Assembly (NCBI GenBank): GCA_030141605.1
Contig: JAQGDQ010000142.1
Coordinates: 62,001-126,000, forward strand
Direction: 5' to 3'
From: Tubiluchus corallicola
Taxonomy: Eukaryota > Animalia > Priapulida
DNA: 64,000 nucleotides
In this document: piece by piece, positions 24,601 to 36,305 of the stretch
Layout: each line of letters opens with the position of its first letter
Numbering within the stretch: the stretch's first letter is position 1
The notes under the pieces: model-generated
What the model saw: only the letters and a program-made list of their open reading frames with translations
Databases searched by the model: none
What the model was told of the DNA's origin: nothing
Program-made: the position numbers and the translations under genes

Positions 24601-27600
24601 AACCTCTGTTTCCTGATGCGCCAAACAGTCAATATTGTTTCCGTGAAACTTGCGTTGAGGAGGCAATTCATCAGAAAATTGACTTGCATTTAACTCACAG
24701 TGTTTGTCCAGTGACGGGTAAGAATGGTAATTTGCCAGGCAGCAGTGATAATCATGTTTATGTATCTTGTTTATAGCATGTGCTTAGTTAATCCAAAATT
24801 AAGCAACATCAAGCCTGGTCAGTAAGTGGATGGGTGTTGTTGTGATAAAGTTAGATAGAGCTGTGATAATCATAAATATGTATCTTATGTATCTAGGTGA
24901 GTGGTCTTGATATGTGCTTAGTTGTCAAAAGTTAAGGAATGTTGAGCTCAGTCAGTAAGTGAATGGGTGACTTCCAGGAAAATTGCTTCTGGTGGGTTTT
25001 ATCTCCCAAACTGTGACTGAACGGATATTTGCCTCGTTGAGGTGGGATGGGAAAGACTGTTCTGCAGGTCCGGTGTAATGGTGTCTATGACCTGTCGAGT
25101 GTCAGTCTTAGAGGATTATTCTGGTAATGTGATAGGTCCCGCAACGAGTTATATTAAGTAGCTTCTGTTGTTAATGCTAGCTTACAGCATGTTCTATTGT
25201 TTAAAAAATCGGTGAAGTGTTCCATTTGTTCTTTAAATATTTTTTTCTGCAGTTTTTATTGGTAAAAAGCACTTGACATCATAATAACATAATTATTAAA
25301 TCAATTGAAATTTTAGTTAATTTGCTTACAGTCTGCATTTCAAAATTTGTTAATTGCATTTTTTATTTTAGGTGACGTTCAAATATTTGAAGAAAAAGAT
25401 AAAGCTACAGGTTCAGATCGTAGCAATTCAAAGAAAAAGAATAAGAAGGTACACAATATGAAAACTGATTAGAGGCCAAATTTGATCTATTCACTTTTAG
25501 ATTTTTGTACTTTTGATGTCTGATTGAAGTGTTTAACTTATGGTGGTGTTTTATTTCATATGACTAGAATCAGAATTAGGTAAAACTTATGGGTATTTAC
25601 TGAAAGAAATTTCTTTACATGTGATGCTTTTCCTATGCAGTGGTTTTTACTTTTATTAGTTAAGTTGAGCTGAACAACATAATCAGTAGATGTTGTTCTT
25701 GAATGTGCTTCTTCTTTATTAATAGAAAAAGAAGGCCAAGGCAAGTGAGAAAGTGGAAAATGATTTTCACCGGACAGATAAAACTGACATTTCTTGTACT
25801 GTGGAAAAAGGTAATTGTAAGTGTTATAATTGTGAGTGTTTTAAAATTTGACTCTGTGTAACTAGGTAGTGTAATTATACAGCATTTCAAAAGAAGCAGC
25901 ACAGAAAAAAGCATGGCAAAAATGAATCTGGACTTCAGCATTATGATGCTACAATATACTAAAGATGTAAAAATAATAATAAATCTTATATTTTTGTCAT
26001 TAGTCCAATTTTCCTACCAGATACCTTGGTATGACTATGCTTATTGAACTTTACATGGTGTGATATTGTTATGCTTATTGAATTTGTTAGTGCATTGTTT
26101 TTTTGGTACACCCTGTAACTAGATTAAAGTGATTCATGAACTGTAAAAGGCCAAGAACGACGATGAGCTGCAGTGCTAGGCAAGGAAACTATATACGCAG
26201 CCATGTAGTCCTATACTAGCAGAATTATATGTTAGACTTATTTTTACGCTTATTCAAATCTTGTTAGGCTTTCACTGTTTTTTTTGCAGGGTCATCAAGT
26301 CAAAATATGCATCCAGTTTTGGATCAGGCTGTAGAGAGTATTGTCCAAGATGTTTTTGATAAAATTCAGGAAAAAGGAGGCATACAAATGAAACAAACGG
26401 CAGTTGCGGGGAAGTTTAGGCGTAAAGAGGGAACATATGAGTGAGTGTATTTCACCAATGTCAGTAGGAAAACTTCTCTTGAAAAACTATTTTTTAAACT
26501 GGTAAATTATGCTAAAGGATGACCGTCTGGCTCTCTTTTTTCATTAAATTAATGTAACTGCTTATTGTTTTTTGTGTTAATAAGTAATGAAAAATCCCTT
26601 GAATTCGCTAGAATTAAAGAATTTTTCGTTACTATTAAAATTTTATGTTGTGCTTAGTTTGCAAGTGACTGTTGAAGCACAAGGTAAAGATGGTGCAAAC
26701 ATAACATCCACTGTTGAGCAAAGAGTTGACCTTCGCAAGAAGGGTATACTTCCTCTTGAACCCAATTCAAAGTTTGCCGCAAGTGACAAGGAATCTGAAT
26801 CAGCACTAAATGTGAAACCAAAACCTGCAGTAATAAGCAAAGAATTAAAAGTCACAAAAGATAACAAGGCGTCACTATCTGCAATAGACAATAAACAGTT
26901 GAAACACGTAGCTAGCAAGGAAGAACCAAAATCTGGAGTAGATGCGAAACAGTTAAAACCTGTCCTAGATAAGAAGGAAGACAAATCTGTATCAGATGAC
27001 AAAGCAACTAATTCTTTTATAGATTCAAAAAATGCAAGTAAGTCGATTATCTTACATTAATTTTTTTGGTTGCTAAGGAAGCTTATTATTTAGTGCATCA
27101 GTTTTGCTCAGTAATTCATAGCAACTTACAGTGATTATTATTGATTAGTGATGGGCACTGCTCACATAGAGTGGCAAAAATGGGTTATTACAAAATTTTC
27201 AAATTGTACACTTTTCCCCTTTTAGCCAAAAATTTTTTGGAGAAGAAACCAACCATCTCCAATGTTCCTACTGACAACCGGACATGTGCGACATGTAGGA
27301 AGACAGCTCCTCCATCAAAAAAATATCGGAAATGTCAACGATGTCGAGATGAAGGTGTTCTCTATCCCAGACACTACTGCTCTCGGGAATGCCAGTGTAA
27401 ATATGAGTTTGCTAATCTGCTATTATAATCTAATACTTCTGTTTTTCAAATGTGTTTAATTTTTATATTTTTCTTTTTTAATACAGTAGGCACCACTTAA
27501 TAGACTTACTTTGGGATGGATCTATTTTAAGGCAATTTAATCAATTAGCCGACGGGTATAGCCTGTTACTACTACAGAAGTACAATTCATCACTTATCAT

Positions 27601-28987
27601 CTTAGTATGCATTGCAAAGGCTTTAAGTGAATTTTGGAAATGAATTAATGTCAAAAATCCTATGTGCAATTATTATTTAAACATACTAATTTATGTAAGT
27701 GAATTAATATAAAAGAAGCTTAAAAATCGCTCAAATTTGATTACTACCACTAAAAATTACAAAAATTTCAAATTCCATTGCTTCATTTCTTCACGAAGAA
27801 GTTTGTTTATGAAATTCTCGTAATAATAAAAAAGTTGAAAATCTGTTGCTGTGTGCTGTACATATTCACGCAAAACACTTAGTCACCTAGTGCTTGAGCT
27901 GCAGTTGGTGATGACCTTGTTTCCCCTGTAAAAACCAGCGGGAACTTCAAAAGCAAACCGCTGGGTAAGTGATTAAATATTTAGCTTCCAAAAACAACGA
28001 GGTTAACTGCAGGGGATGAGCGGGTGACAGATTAAAAGCAAAATCGCTACACTAGCATATTAGCATATGATAAGCGTACCTGCTTACAAACTAAGCTGTA
28101 CTTAACATGACTGGTTCTACATATATTGTAATGCACAAAAGCGACGTAAAGGTGACGTAAAGTAGTAAAAGCTCTTTAGTCACATACAAGTGTCTTATTT
28201 TAAGCATGTGAAGCAAAAATATTGAGTCAATTATGTGTAGTTATTTGCGTCAAATACCAGCGGTTTTTATATACATTTGAATAGGAGCGGCCCGTATCAG
28301 ACGTTTTTGAGTCAATTAGGTGACTGATTCTGTTAACCGTGAGTCTAATAAACGGTGCCTACAGTACAATTCAGCACACTGACATCTGCAATAACCGTTC
28401 ATGTGCAGGACGTCTCCAGTATGGGTGGTTGTGGCAAGCTTGAAATATGCCTATTGTTCAAGGATATATGTTTATGCAAGTCGACATGGTACCAACTGAA
28501 ATCCAACATTTAGTGATAGCGCATACTTAATATAGATGATTGTGGGGGACTGGAATCTAAGTCTTTACCAAAGATAATTCAGGTGAGACATTAAACAAGC
28601 ACAGTGTAGATTTGTTCGAGCAAACACAGTATGTTGGCCCACACCTGTAAGATGGAGCTGGACAAAATAATATCACAGGTGTCTCAGGAACATTTAGCAC
28701 CATAGGTGTTTAAGCTTGCATACGTCTTCCCTCAACTAGATAGAAGTGGTATGGCACTCAAAACGGGACAGAAACAGTTTTTCTGGCAGTCACCAATCCA
28801 TATGTTAATTCAGTTCGCTGTTGTTCAACTTCTGTAGTTAGTCGCACATTATCATGTGCTGTTATTTTTTCACTGTGTTGAGTTATATGTGTAGTATACT
28901 TTCCATTTTGCAGCAATGGATTGGCAGATGAGACACTTGCAGGAGCACAAAGAAGACACCTTAGAGAAGAAAAACCAAGAATCTTAA
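18659..28987 (+). CDS. Uncharacterised protein with C-terminal MYND-type zinc finger. Well-supported exons 20389-20481, 20902-20987, 22092-22775, 22989-23139, 24526-24717, 25372-25448, 25726-25810, 26290-26440, 26658-27037, 27226-27396, 28914-28987. Tentative 5' exons 18659-18778 and 19564-19647
   Basis: Eleven consecutive GT-AG exons join with matching phases and no stops (2144 nt, ~715 codons). They end in CATC..CQRC..YCSRECQ|SMDWQMRHLQEH...ES* (TAA at 28985-28987). I could not join the phase-0 5' candidate exons to the phase-1 exon at 20389, so the start is uncertain. Confidence 0.8.
24778..24975 (+). mobile_element. Two tandem 5S rRNA-derived SINE-like heads (copies A ~24778-24836 and B ~24894-24975)
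   Basis: TTAAGCAAC-N9-GGTCAGTAAGTGGATGGGTG matches the 5S internal control region (box A to box C) in sequence and spacing. Copy B is preceded by the tRNA A-box-like TAGGTGAGTGGTC. Confidence 0.7.
27484..28364 (+). mobile_element. Non-autonomous Tc1/mariner-pogo-like element (881 bp) in the last intron of the MYND gene
   Basis: Left end ta|CAGTAGGCACCACTTAATAGACT; right end reverse-complement ta|CTGTAGGCACCGTTTATTAGACT. TA flanks both ends, there is no ORF, and a second copy lies at 35291-36110. Confidence 0.85.
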
Positions 28988-31367
28988 CTTTTCTGTTACG
29001 CTGAACTTTTGGCTTGGCTGATGCGTGTTAAACAACCCTACAATTATAAAATCACAAATGTGATGCGTGTCTATAACGGCAAATTGTTATTTCATAGGAT
29101 AACCTAGCTGGTATAAACAGATTGCATAACTGGGATTAATTTCGCTTGCAAAGAATGTTCTTTATATCCAAAACTCAGAAGTGGTTTCAAACAAAAGTAA
29201 GTAAGCAGTTTTTCTGTTAAATTAAGAAGTATGTTGGAGTTTTCGGCATTCCATTTTATAGTTCTTTTTATTTCAGAATAATGTGTAATGAGCCAGATTA
29301 TAGTTAAATGATTTGTACCCGTATACTAGGCCTGTGATTTTTAGTAATAAGTACTGGAGTGGTGAATGCAAAAATCAAGAGATATGTATGTATAACGTTT
29401 TTGGCAATACAAATTTCCTCGATAAGTTTGATATAATATTGAGTTTTTTGCATTTGCAAATTGTGCCTTAATTTTAGTATATTTATTTTCTTAAGCACTT
29501 TGTTCTTATGATTATACTACAAATGTGTAAAAAAAACTGTAAATATATTGGGCTGCTAGTATTAAATATCATGTGGTAATCAATGCGTGAAAGGTTTTTG
29601 TTTATATGCTAATTGTATATAGAAGTTTCAAGTTTTATTTTAATTTTATTTTTATGAGTTATGTTGATATTTTGGTGTAAGTATTAATTAACAAGCCAAA
29701 GCTGTGATTTGCATGCCATATTCAAATCTAATCCATTAAATTGGATAGAAGGTAGCTTGTATTATTGTTGGTGTTAGTGTGATGTTTTTTCAAATGAGGT
29801 ACAAAATTAATATGCATTTTATTGTTTTACTCATTTGACAATTGTACTGTAGTCAGAAATATGTATATTAGTTTTTACATAGGCAGTTATTTTAGTTTCA
29901 GTTCTGTCGTTTTTTCCTAGTTTTGCATCGTCTTAGAATATAATATGAACCGTTATATACTGTGTTGACATTACCAGCTTATTAAAGTATTTTCTCTTGT
30001 GGAGGATGATGCTGCAATTTATTTTTATAGTAGTGTAAATAAGTTAATAAAATAATTGTTTGTTTATAAAGGTACATGTGATAACAGCTGCTGACCAGGT
30101 TGTGTACTGTGGCATTGTCGGCAAGCTGCAAGAAGTTAAGGAAGGGTGATAGTTGCAAGCAAGCTAACCCATTATTGTGATGTTTGCTATGAGTATGTTA
30201 TTGTGATGAAAATGTTTGTATATGACTGGTTAAAAGTCCAAATTTCAAGCTGAAAATCGTTTCAATATCTTTTCTGTTTTTGCAAAAGTTTGTTTTACAT
30301 TCGTTATGTAATTCAATGTTCCTTTTAGTCAGGGTATAAATGGATAGATAGTAATGCTGGTTAAAATGTAATACCAACAAGTACACACTGTGAAATGTAT
30401 TAGTGATGCGTACGATTCACAAATCATCATGAGTTCATAAATTCTTTACTTTGTAAACAAAATAAACATTATCAACTAATTTCACAAAAATGCATTTTTT
30501 GGCATTTAAGCAGCTTCTCATGCTGACCATACATCTGTAATACAGAAGCAAGAACAATAATCAATGACACAATGCATAAACAACCAATCCACAATTATTA
30601 TCATTACTACAATTTCACATCATTTTTACTTTCAGAGTCTTGCGCAATTTATTAGGTAAGTAAATGCAACCAAACAACAACAAAAAACTGATGCACTTAT
30701 AAACCAACTATCTGGTGTGTTCTTGTAAACCTCCAATATTTTCAGCAGAAGCAGTGTTCTAATTAAAAATGTAACACAGTTATTACACATTGCTTGATAA
30801 TTTAAAACATTTAGCCTTCTTCATGCTGTTACGTCGCAAAAGTGAAGGCATTAAGAAATCACAGTCAGATTTATGAAATACAGTATGGCACCATTATAGC
30901 GAACAAGGTTTATTGTGTACACACTGGTAGTGTGAGCTCATAAGAAAGAACCAATTTTTAGCATTTATTTAACTATTAAAAATAACTTTGCATACAACCC
31001 ATTCAGTTATTGCATATTGCAGACATTTTGTCAGGACACATTGTCTGTATTACCGTTTTAAGTTAATTTTTTTTTACCAAATTCATTTCAAATTAATTTA
31101 AACCGTCGTTCTTGGCACTGCAAAGAGTTATTAAGCATGCGGAGCTGTTGCGTTGAAAGGTCACATTGTCTACTACTTTATAAAAACAATGAGTCACTCG
31201 GCAACCTGCTGTTTTATGTAAGTACACAGGTAGCGCACTACTGAGATGTTTCAGCAAGTGATGAATCCTACCACAGAAGCTTCATACAAGGGATAAAGAG
31301 AAATTTTGTGGAAACAAACTTGGCTGACGTTTTCGAATTTCACTGACTTTGCTGAACATGTCATGTA

Positions 31368-31522
31368 AATTTACAACTGAACAAGTAGACTCAAATTTAA
31401 CACGAAACATTCAATGATTTTTAGTTTATTGTGACTGTATTACATTGTATTACAGTCACAATTAACTAAAAATTATCGAATGTTTCATGTTAAATTTGTG
31501 TGTACTTGTTTAGATGTAAATT
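31368..31522. repeat. 155-bp imperfect palindrome (77-bp arms, 1-nt spacer) downstream of the MRPL47 stop
   Basis: 31368-31444 matches the reverse complement of 31446-31522 with 9 mismatches and no gaps by manual alignment. Confidence 0.9.
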
Positions 31523-31848
31523 ACAGTCACATTAGCACACACAGTTTCAGCTGTATTACAGTCACATCAATGCAAAAAAGTAGTTGATCATTGACAGCAT
31601 ATTTTAAAAGTACTTTCACATCCTCTATGAAGCCATGCATTGTAAATTATTTATATACTGAATGTTAATACGTGCATGTCCACCTATCTAGTAGACATAT
31701 ATGTATGATTAGCTATGTATGGTTATAGAGTACCTCAGTTACACAGTACTTTTTTCTGAGTCCCTAGCAGGTTTGCTATAATGATGTTATACTGTAATGC
31801 ACATTATGCACAATACAGATCAATATTGCCAACTTTTCTAACAACAAT

Positions 31849-34800
31849 TCAGTCAACCTCACTAACATCAGCATCCGGAAACAATTCTTTTAATTTCTTT
31901 CTTCGGTGCTCTCGTCTTTTTAAGTACTGACGGTATCTTAACAACTGCTGCTCCCTCCAAAGCCCCTTAAACTTGCCCACTGCAGCACCACCTCGTGGAA
32001 TCTTTGACCATATTCGGTAGTTGACATTTGCCCACGGAGGCACAGGATGTTCCCTGAAAATATTTCATTAGATTTACCAATTTCTATTTTTACCAACGAA
32101 TGCTATGCTTAATATTAAATTAGTTTTTACTGGTGACAATAAATGTAGTTTCTACACAAGTTGCAGTAAAATTGTTTTCATTAATTGTTAGAGTAAATTT
32201 TGTTAAGAAAAACAATATTACTGTGAAGAGATTCTATCATTCTTTAGATAACCATTTTCTATCACTATTTTTGCTTTACCCTGTATTGTAGAAAATACGT
32301 GGCAATATCAAATTACTATCCAGCTGTATCAAGGACTAGAGATATAAGTACATAAGTCCATCTTACAAGCTAAAGCCAGTTTTTAACAATCATTTGCGAG
32401 AACATGTATGAGAATTTGAGAGATATGACAATGTCTGACCTTAGCTTTCATGGAAATGAGGAATGTACAAAGTGTGTTGTGTAAATTAAAGCAGAGAAAG
32501 AGGACAGGTCACCAGGGTCATTTTGAAGATGAGATGTATTACATGCCTACAGGAAGTGTGCTTTGGGGTGAAACAAATTATTTAGTCTGTTGAGAATCTT
32601 CTTATGTTTAACTATAGCTATTAACACTGGTGTTTGGTTTTTCATGGAAATTGACTTAAAAGTAGAAGGTGTACATGCTTTTGTAAGTAGGCCAGCTATG
32701 TTTGCATTGTTAAATGGTTGTTAACACAAATAGTCAAATTAAGAAACAAAGTTTGTGCACTGCTGTACCTAAGTTTTCTCAACTGTCTCAACCCCCATGG
32801 CATCTGTTCCATTTTTTCACCTCCTTCGCCAGGTTTTCCTGTTTCCAGTAAATGAAAAGCTCTGTTTCTCTCATCAACAACTGTGCGTATATTATCCATG
32901 CTTTCTTCTACCTAGATAAACAAGTCATATTTAGTTCAGCAAAACTGTCTGCAGACACTTTTTCAACATTTAGGACATATCATTAACTAATAACAATATT
33001 AATAACAAGACAGAAGAATAACTGAGTGGCCACAGTACATTATTAGTAACCAACCACACAACATAAGGCCTGTTTAGTAAATTGATGGGCAAGTTCCAGG
33101 AAAGTTATTTTTGGGTGGTTTCATATTAGGGTGACCACATTGTTAAAGTGATTTTCCCTGGTACCCTCTAGTCAGTAGGAAGGGTAAGTCATCCCAAAAG
33201 AGCAGTAGGTCAACAAGATAGCAACTTATTAATTAATTTCAATATTAAGTAATCTAAAACTGATGGAAAAAACTTAACAGGACAATAAAGAATTGAAATT
33301 ATGTATTGCAATCTAGTAATACATAAATAAAACGCATTAAAATGGGAGCTTAAATTTAGAAATAAAACAAATACATATTTGAAACTATATTTTGAGATTT
33401 CAATTGCAACTTTCAATGATTTTTGAGTTTTTAGAATGTAACAGTTTACATTTATTTTATCGTACAGTTAACTATTATTCTGAATCATCAATGCAGATTT
33501 AACAAAGTTTAAGAAACCTGATGTACAGTAGCTAGTTGGACTAACTAAGTAACTAGTATCACACATTGTCAAAGAAGAGAAATGAGCTAAACAAAGAACG
33601 AAATTTATTAACAACTTAAATTGCTATAACAATATACTGGAAAGTTAACTGGGTGAACATTTATTTAGATGTTTGCTTTCATGACCTGACTTCTGAATTG
33701 GTTGCAAGTTTTGAAAATATGAGATAGGCTGCAATACCCTGACAATTTCCAGACACCCCTGACATCGAGTCTAATTCCCTGAGCCTAGACGGGTGATCAC
33801 CCTACTTCACATGGCCACACTGCCTGTAGCTGTGTCGTTTGTTACTCAAACGAGAAGATACATATAAAAATCAAAACAAGGCATCTCTGCCTGTTCAGAA
33901 TCCCATGTTAGAGGTATATCACTGATAATGAGACCAAATTTTGGTCCCGCCACAACCACAAACATAATGAGCAGGTATTGTAGCTGAGAGATGGACGTTG
34001 GCTTGCAATGCACCCCGAAACGTAAAAAGTGACTGAAATGAGAATTAATACTTTCAATTTCTGAAATATTGTTGGCAAAACAGGCAATGCATATGTAAGC
34101 AGCTGATGGTACAGTACATACTTTGTCTATGCGTTCTTCACTCGGAAACAGTTCCACTCTGCGTTTACACTCTTCCTGCATTGTAAGTAACATGTTCCTC
34201 TCTTTATACAACACAAACCTGAAAACATACAAAAATTAAAAAACTGAAAAACAAAAATAAAGACTGACATTTACAAGCACGAACCTTTAAACTGTCAAAA
34301 TTATTCTCATTTGTCATACAAAAAAAGAACAAGAAATCAGTCTCAGCTACTCTTTTATTTTCTAATAAATGTAGCCATAATTATAACTGTATAACATTAA
34401 TATTTTATCTCAATTTTCATAGTAAAAACAAAGTAAGCAAAGAACCTTTCTAATTTTCATTGCAGGCAAGTACCATGTAGTGTACTTGCAGTTAATGAAT
34501 TATTTTGATACCTGAAAATGAAAGATTCTACAACAACATTTACTTTGGCACTTATTAAAAAAACAAGAATAACTGATGCAATGATGTGATTTCACCTTAA
34601 TTGGTCGACTAAGTCCACCTCATTGGTAAGAAAAGTAAAAAAGCTCAATGAAAATATCACAAGCAACCAGATTCTCACTTTGTCATTCTACAATTTTTTT
34701 AATTTAGAACAACAAGTCTTAAACAGATCTTAGCCTGCAAGTCAATTTTATTTTTATTGAACGAATCTGAAGCTGGTTATACTAGTTATAAAGATTTTTG

Positions 34801-36305
34801 GCCGACCTATCATATCTTACCATAATTTATGTAGATCCTCATTGCTTTTAATTCTCAATTCTTCTACTTTCCAACCTCGACCTACACAAACGATTAAATA
34901 CTAATAAAATTCTGGCATTTACTGAACAATTGTTATTAACCAATTGCACAAATGGTTGTCAAATTTAAGCTATAGGATGACACAAGGAGAGCAATTTCAT
35001 ACATAGGAAAATGCATTTGTAAGCTCTGAATTGGAAATTGGAATTACACTCAATTTGACGCAAATATAATGCAGGGCCTACAGGCCTCAATAACTGATGT
35101 GCATAAACTGGATATTGTCCACTGACTTGCCAAATTATAGGGTACAATTTATGGAGAGTCTTACTTCACCAAATGATGAAATTTTAACATAATTTGCATT
35201 TACAGCCTCGACAATAAGCCAAGCAAGCTTCCACTCATTAACAAAATAGCCAACTTTGTTTGTATGTTAAATGCAAGCAGTTGCATAATTTAGTCACTTA
35301 ATTGACTCAAAAACACCTGAAACGGGCCACTCCTATTCAAATGTACATAAGTACATAAAAACTGTCGCTAATTGACTCAAATAACTCTGCATAATCGACA
35401 GAATTTTTTTATTTCACACATTTAAAATAAGATATTTGTGTGCACCCAAAGAGCTTTTATTGCTTTTATGTCACCTTTGCATCGATTTTGTGCACTATAC
35501 TATACCTAGAAACAGTCACGTTAAGTACAGCTTTGTTTGTAAGCAGGTACAGTACATTTATCATATGCGCTAATATGTTAGTGCAACCGTTTTGCTTTGA
35601 ATCTGCCACCTCGTTGTTTCTGGAAGTTAAACATTTATTAGTCACTTGCCCAGTGGTTTGCTTTTGAAGTCGCTGCTGCTTTTCACAAGGTTGTCACCAA
35701 CTGCAGCTCAAGCACTAGGTGACTAGGTGTTTTGCATGAATATGTGCAGTATATAGTAACAGATTTTCAATGTTTTTATCACTATGAGAATTTTATAAAA
35801 CTAACTTCTTCGTGAAGAAATGAAGCAACCGACCATGCATGAATTTTTGTAATTTTTAATAGTAATCAGGTTCTTTTTTTGTTAATTCACTTATATAAAT
35901 TATGCTTCTTAAATAATTGCACATGGTATTTTCGACATAAATTCGTGTCTAAAATTCATTTAAAGCATCTGCAATGCATGCTAAGGTGATGAGTGATGAC
36001 TCATACTTGTATAGTAGAAATGTACTTGTCCCTTCGGCTAACTGACTCAGTCAGTTAATTGGGTCTAAACACTACCGTCCCAAAATGAGTCTACTAAGCG
36101 GCGCCTACTGTAGTTCTGTCTATATTTATGCCAAATTCAAGGTGACATGTAATTATATTTATACACATATATAAGGACAAGACGAAAATAAATTGTAAAC
36201 ACATGCATACCATGCTTTACTTCTGATTCTCCCCAGTTAGTTTTGTCGTCAAAAAATTCCATCAGACCATAATGCTGAGTGCTTGTGTGTATTTGACACA
36301 ACTTA
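31849..36305 (-). CDS. MRPL47: Mitochondrial ribosomal protein L47 (uL29m). Exons 36305-36211, 34881-34821, 34218-34122, 32911-32769, 32053-31849. The 5' exon is unresolved (candidates 37178-37135 or 36752-36703)
   Basis: The spliced product reads [28 protein letters not shown]|[20 protein letters not shown]|[13 protein letters not shown]...FPSEERIDK|[25 protein letters not shown], the MRP-L47 signature. Exon phases are consistent. Confidence 0.95.
33127..33804. mobile_element. Non-autonomous hAT-like element (678 bp) in an MRPL47 intron
   Basis: TIRs TAGGGTGACCA / TGATCACCCTA (10 of 11 match). The 8-bp flanks tttcatat / cttcacat match 6 of 8 (decayed TSD). Subterminal CCCTG(A) motifs are present. 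Confidence 0.7.
35291..36110 (-). mobile_element. Second, inverted and diverged copy of the same ~0.85-kb TIR element in an MRPL47 intron; one TIR lost
   Basis: The reverse complement begins ta|CAGTAGGCGCCGCTTAGTAGACTCATTTTGGGAC. It shares internal blocks with 27484-28364, e.g. tgcttcatttcttcacgaagaagtt, tagtcacctagtgcttgagctgcagttggtga and tacatttgaataggag. Confidence 0.85.

Noticed and set aside
24778-24975. Functional 5S rRNA genes
   Set aside because: Only the internal control region matches. The 5S 5' half and oligo-T terminator are missing, and the copies are mutually diverged.
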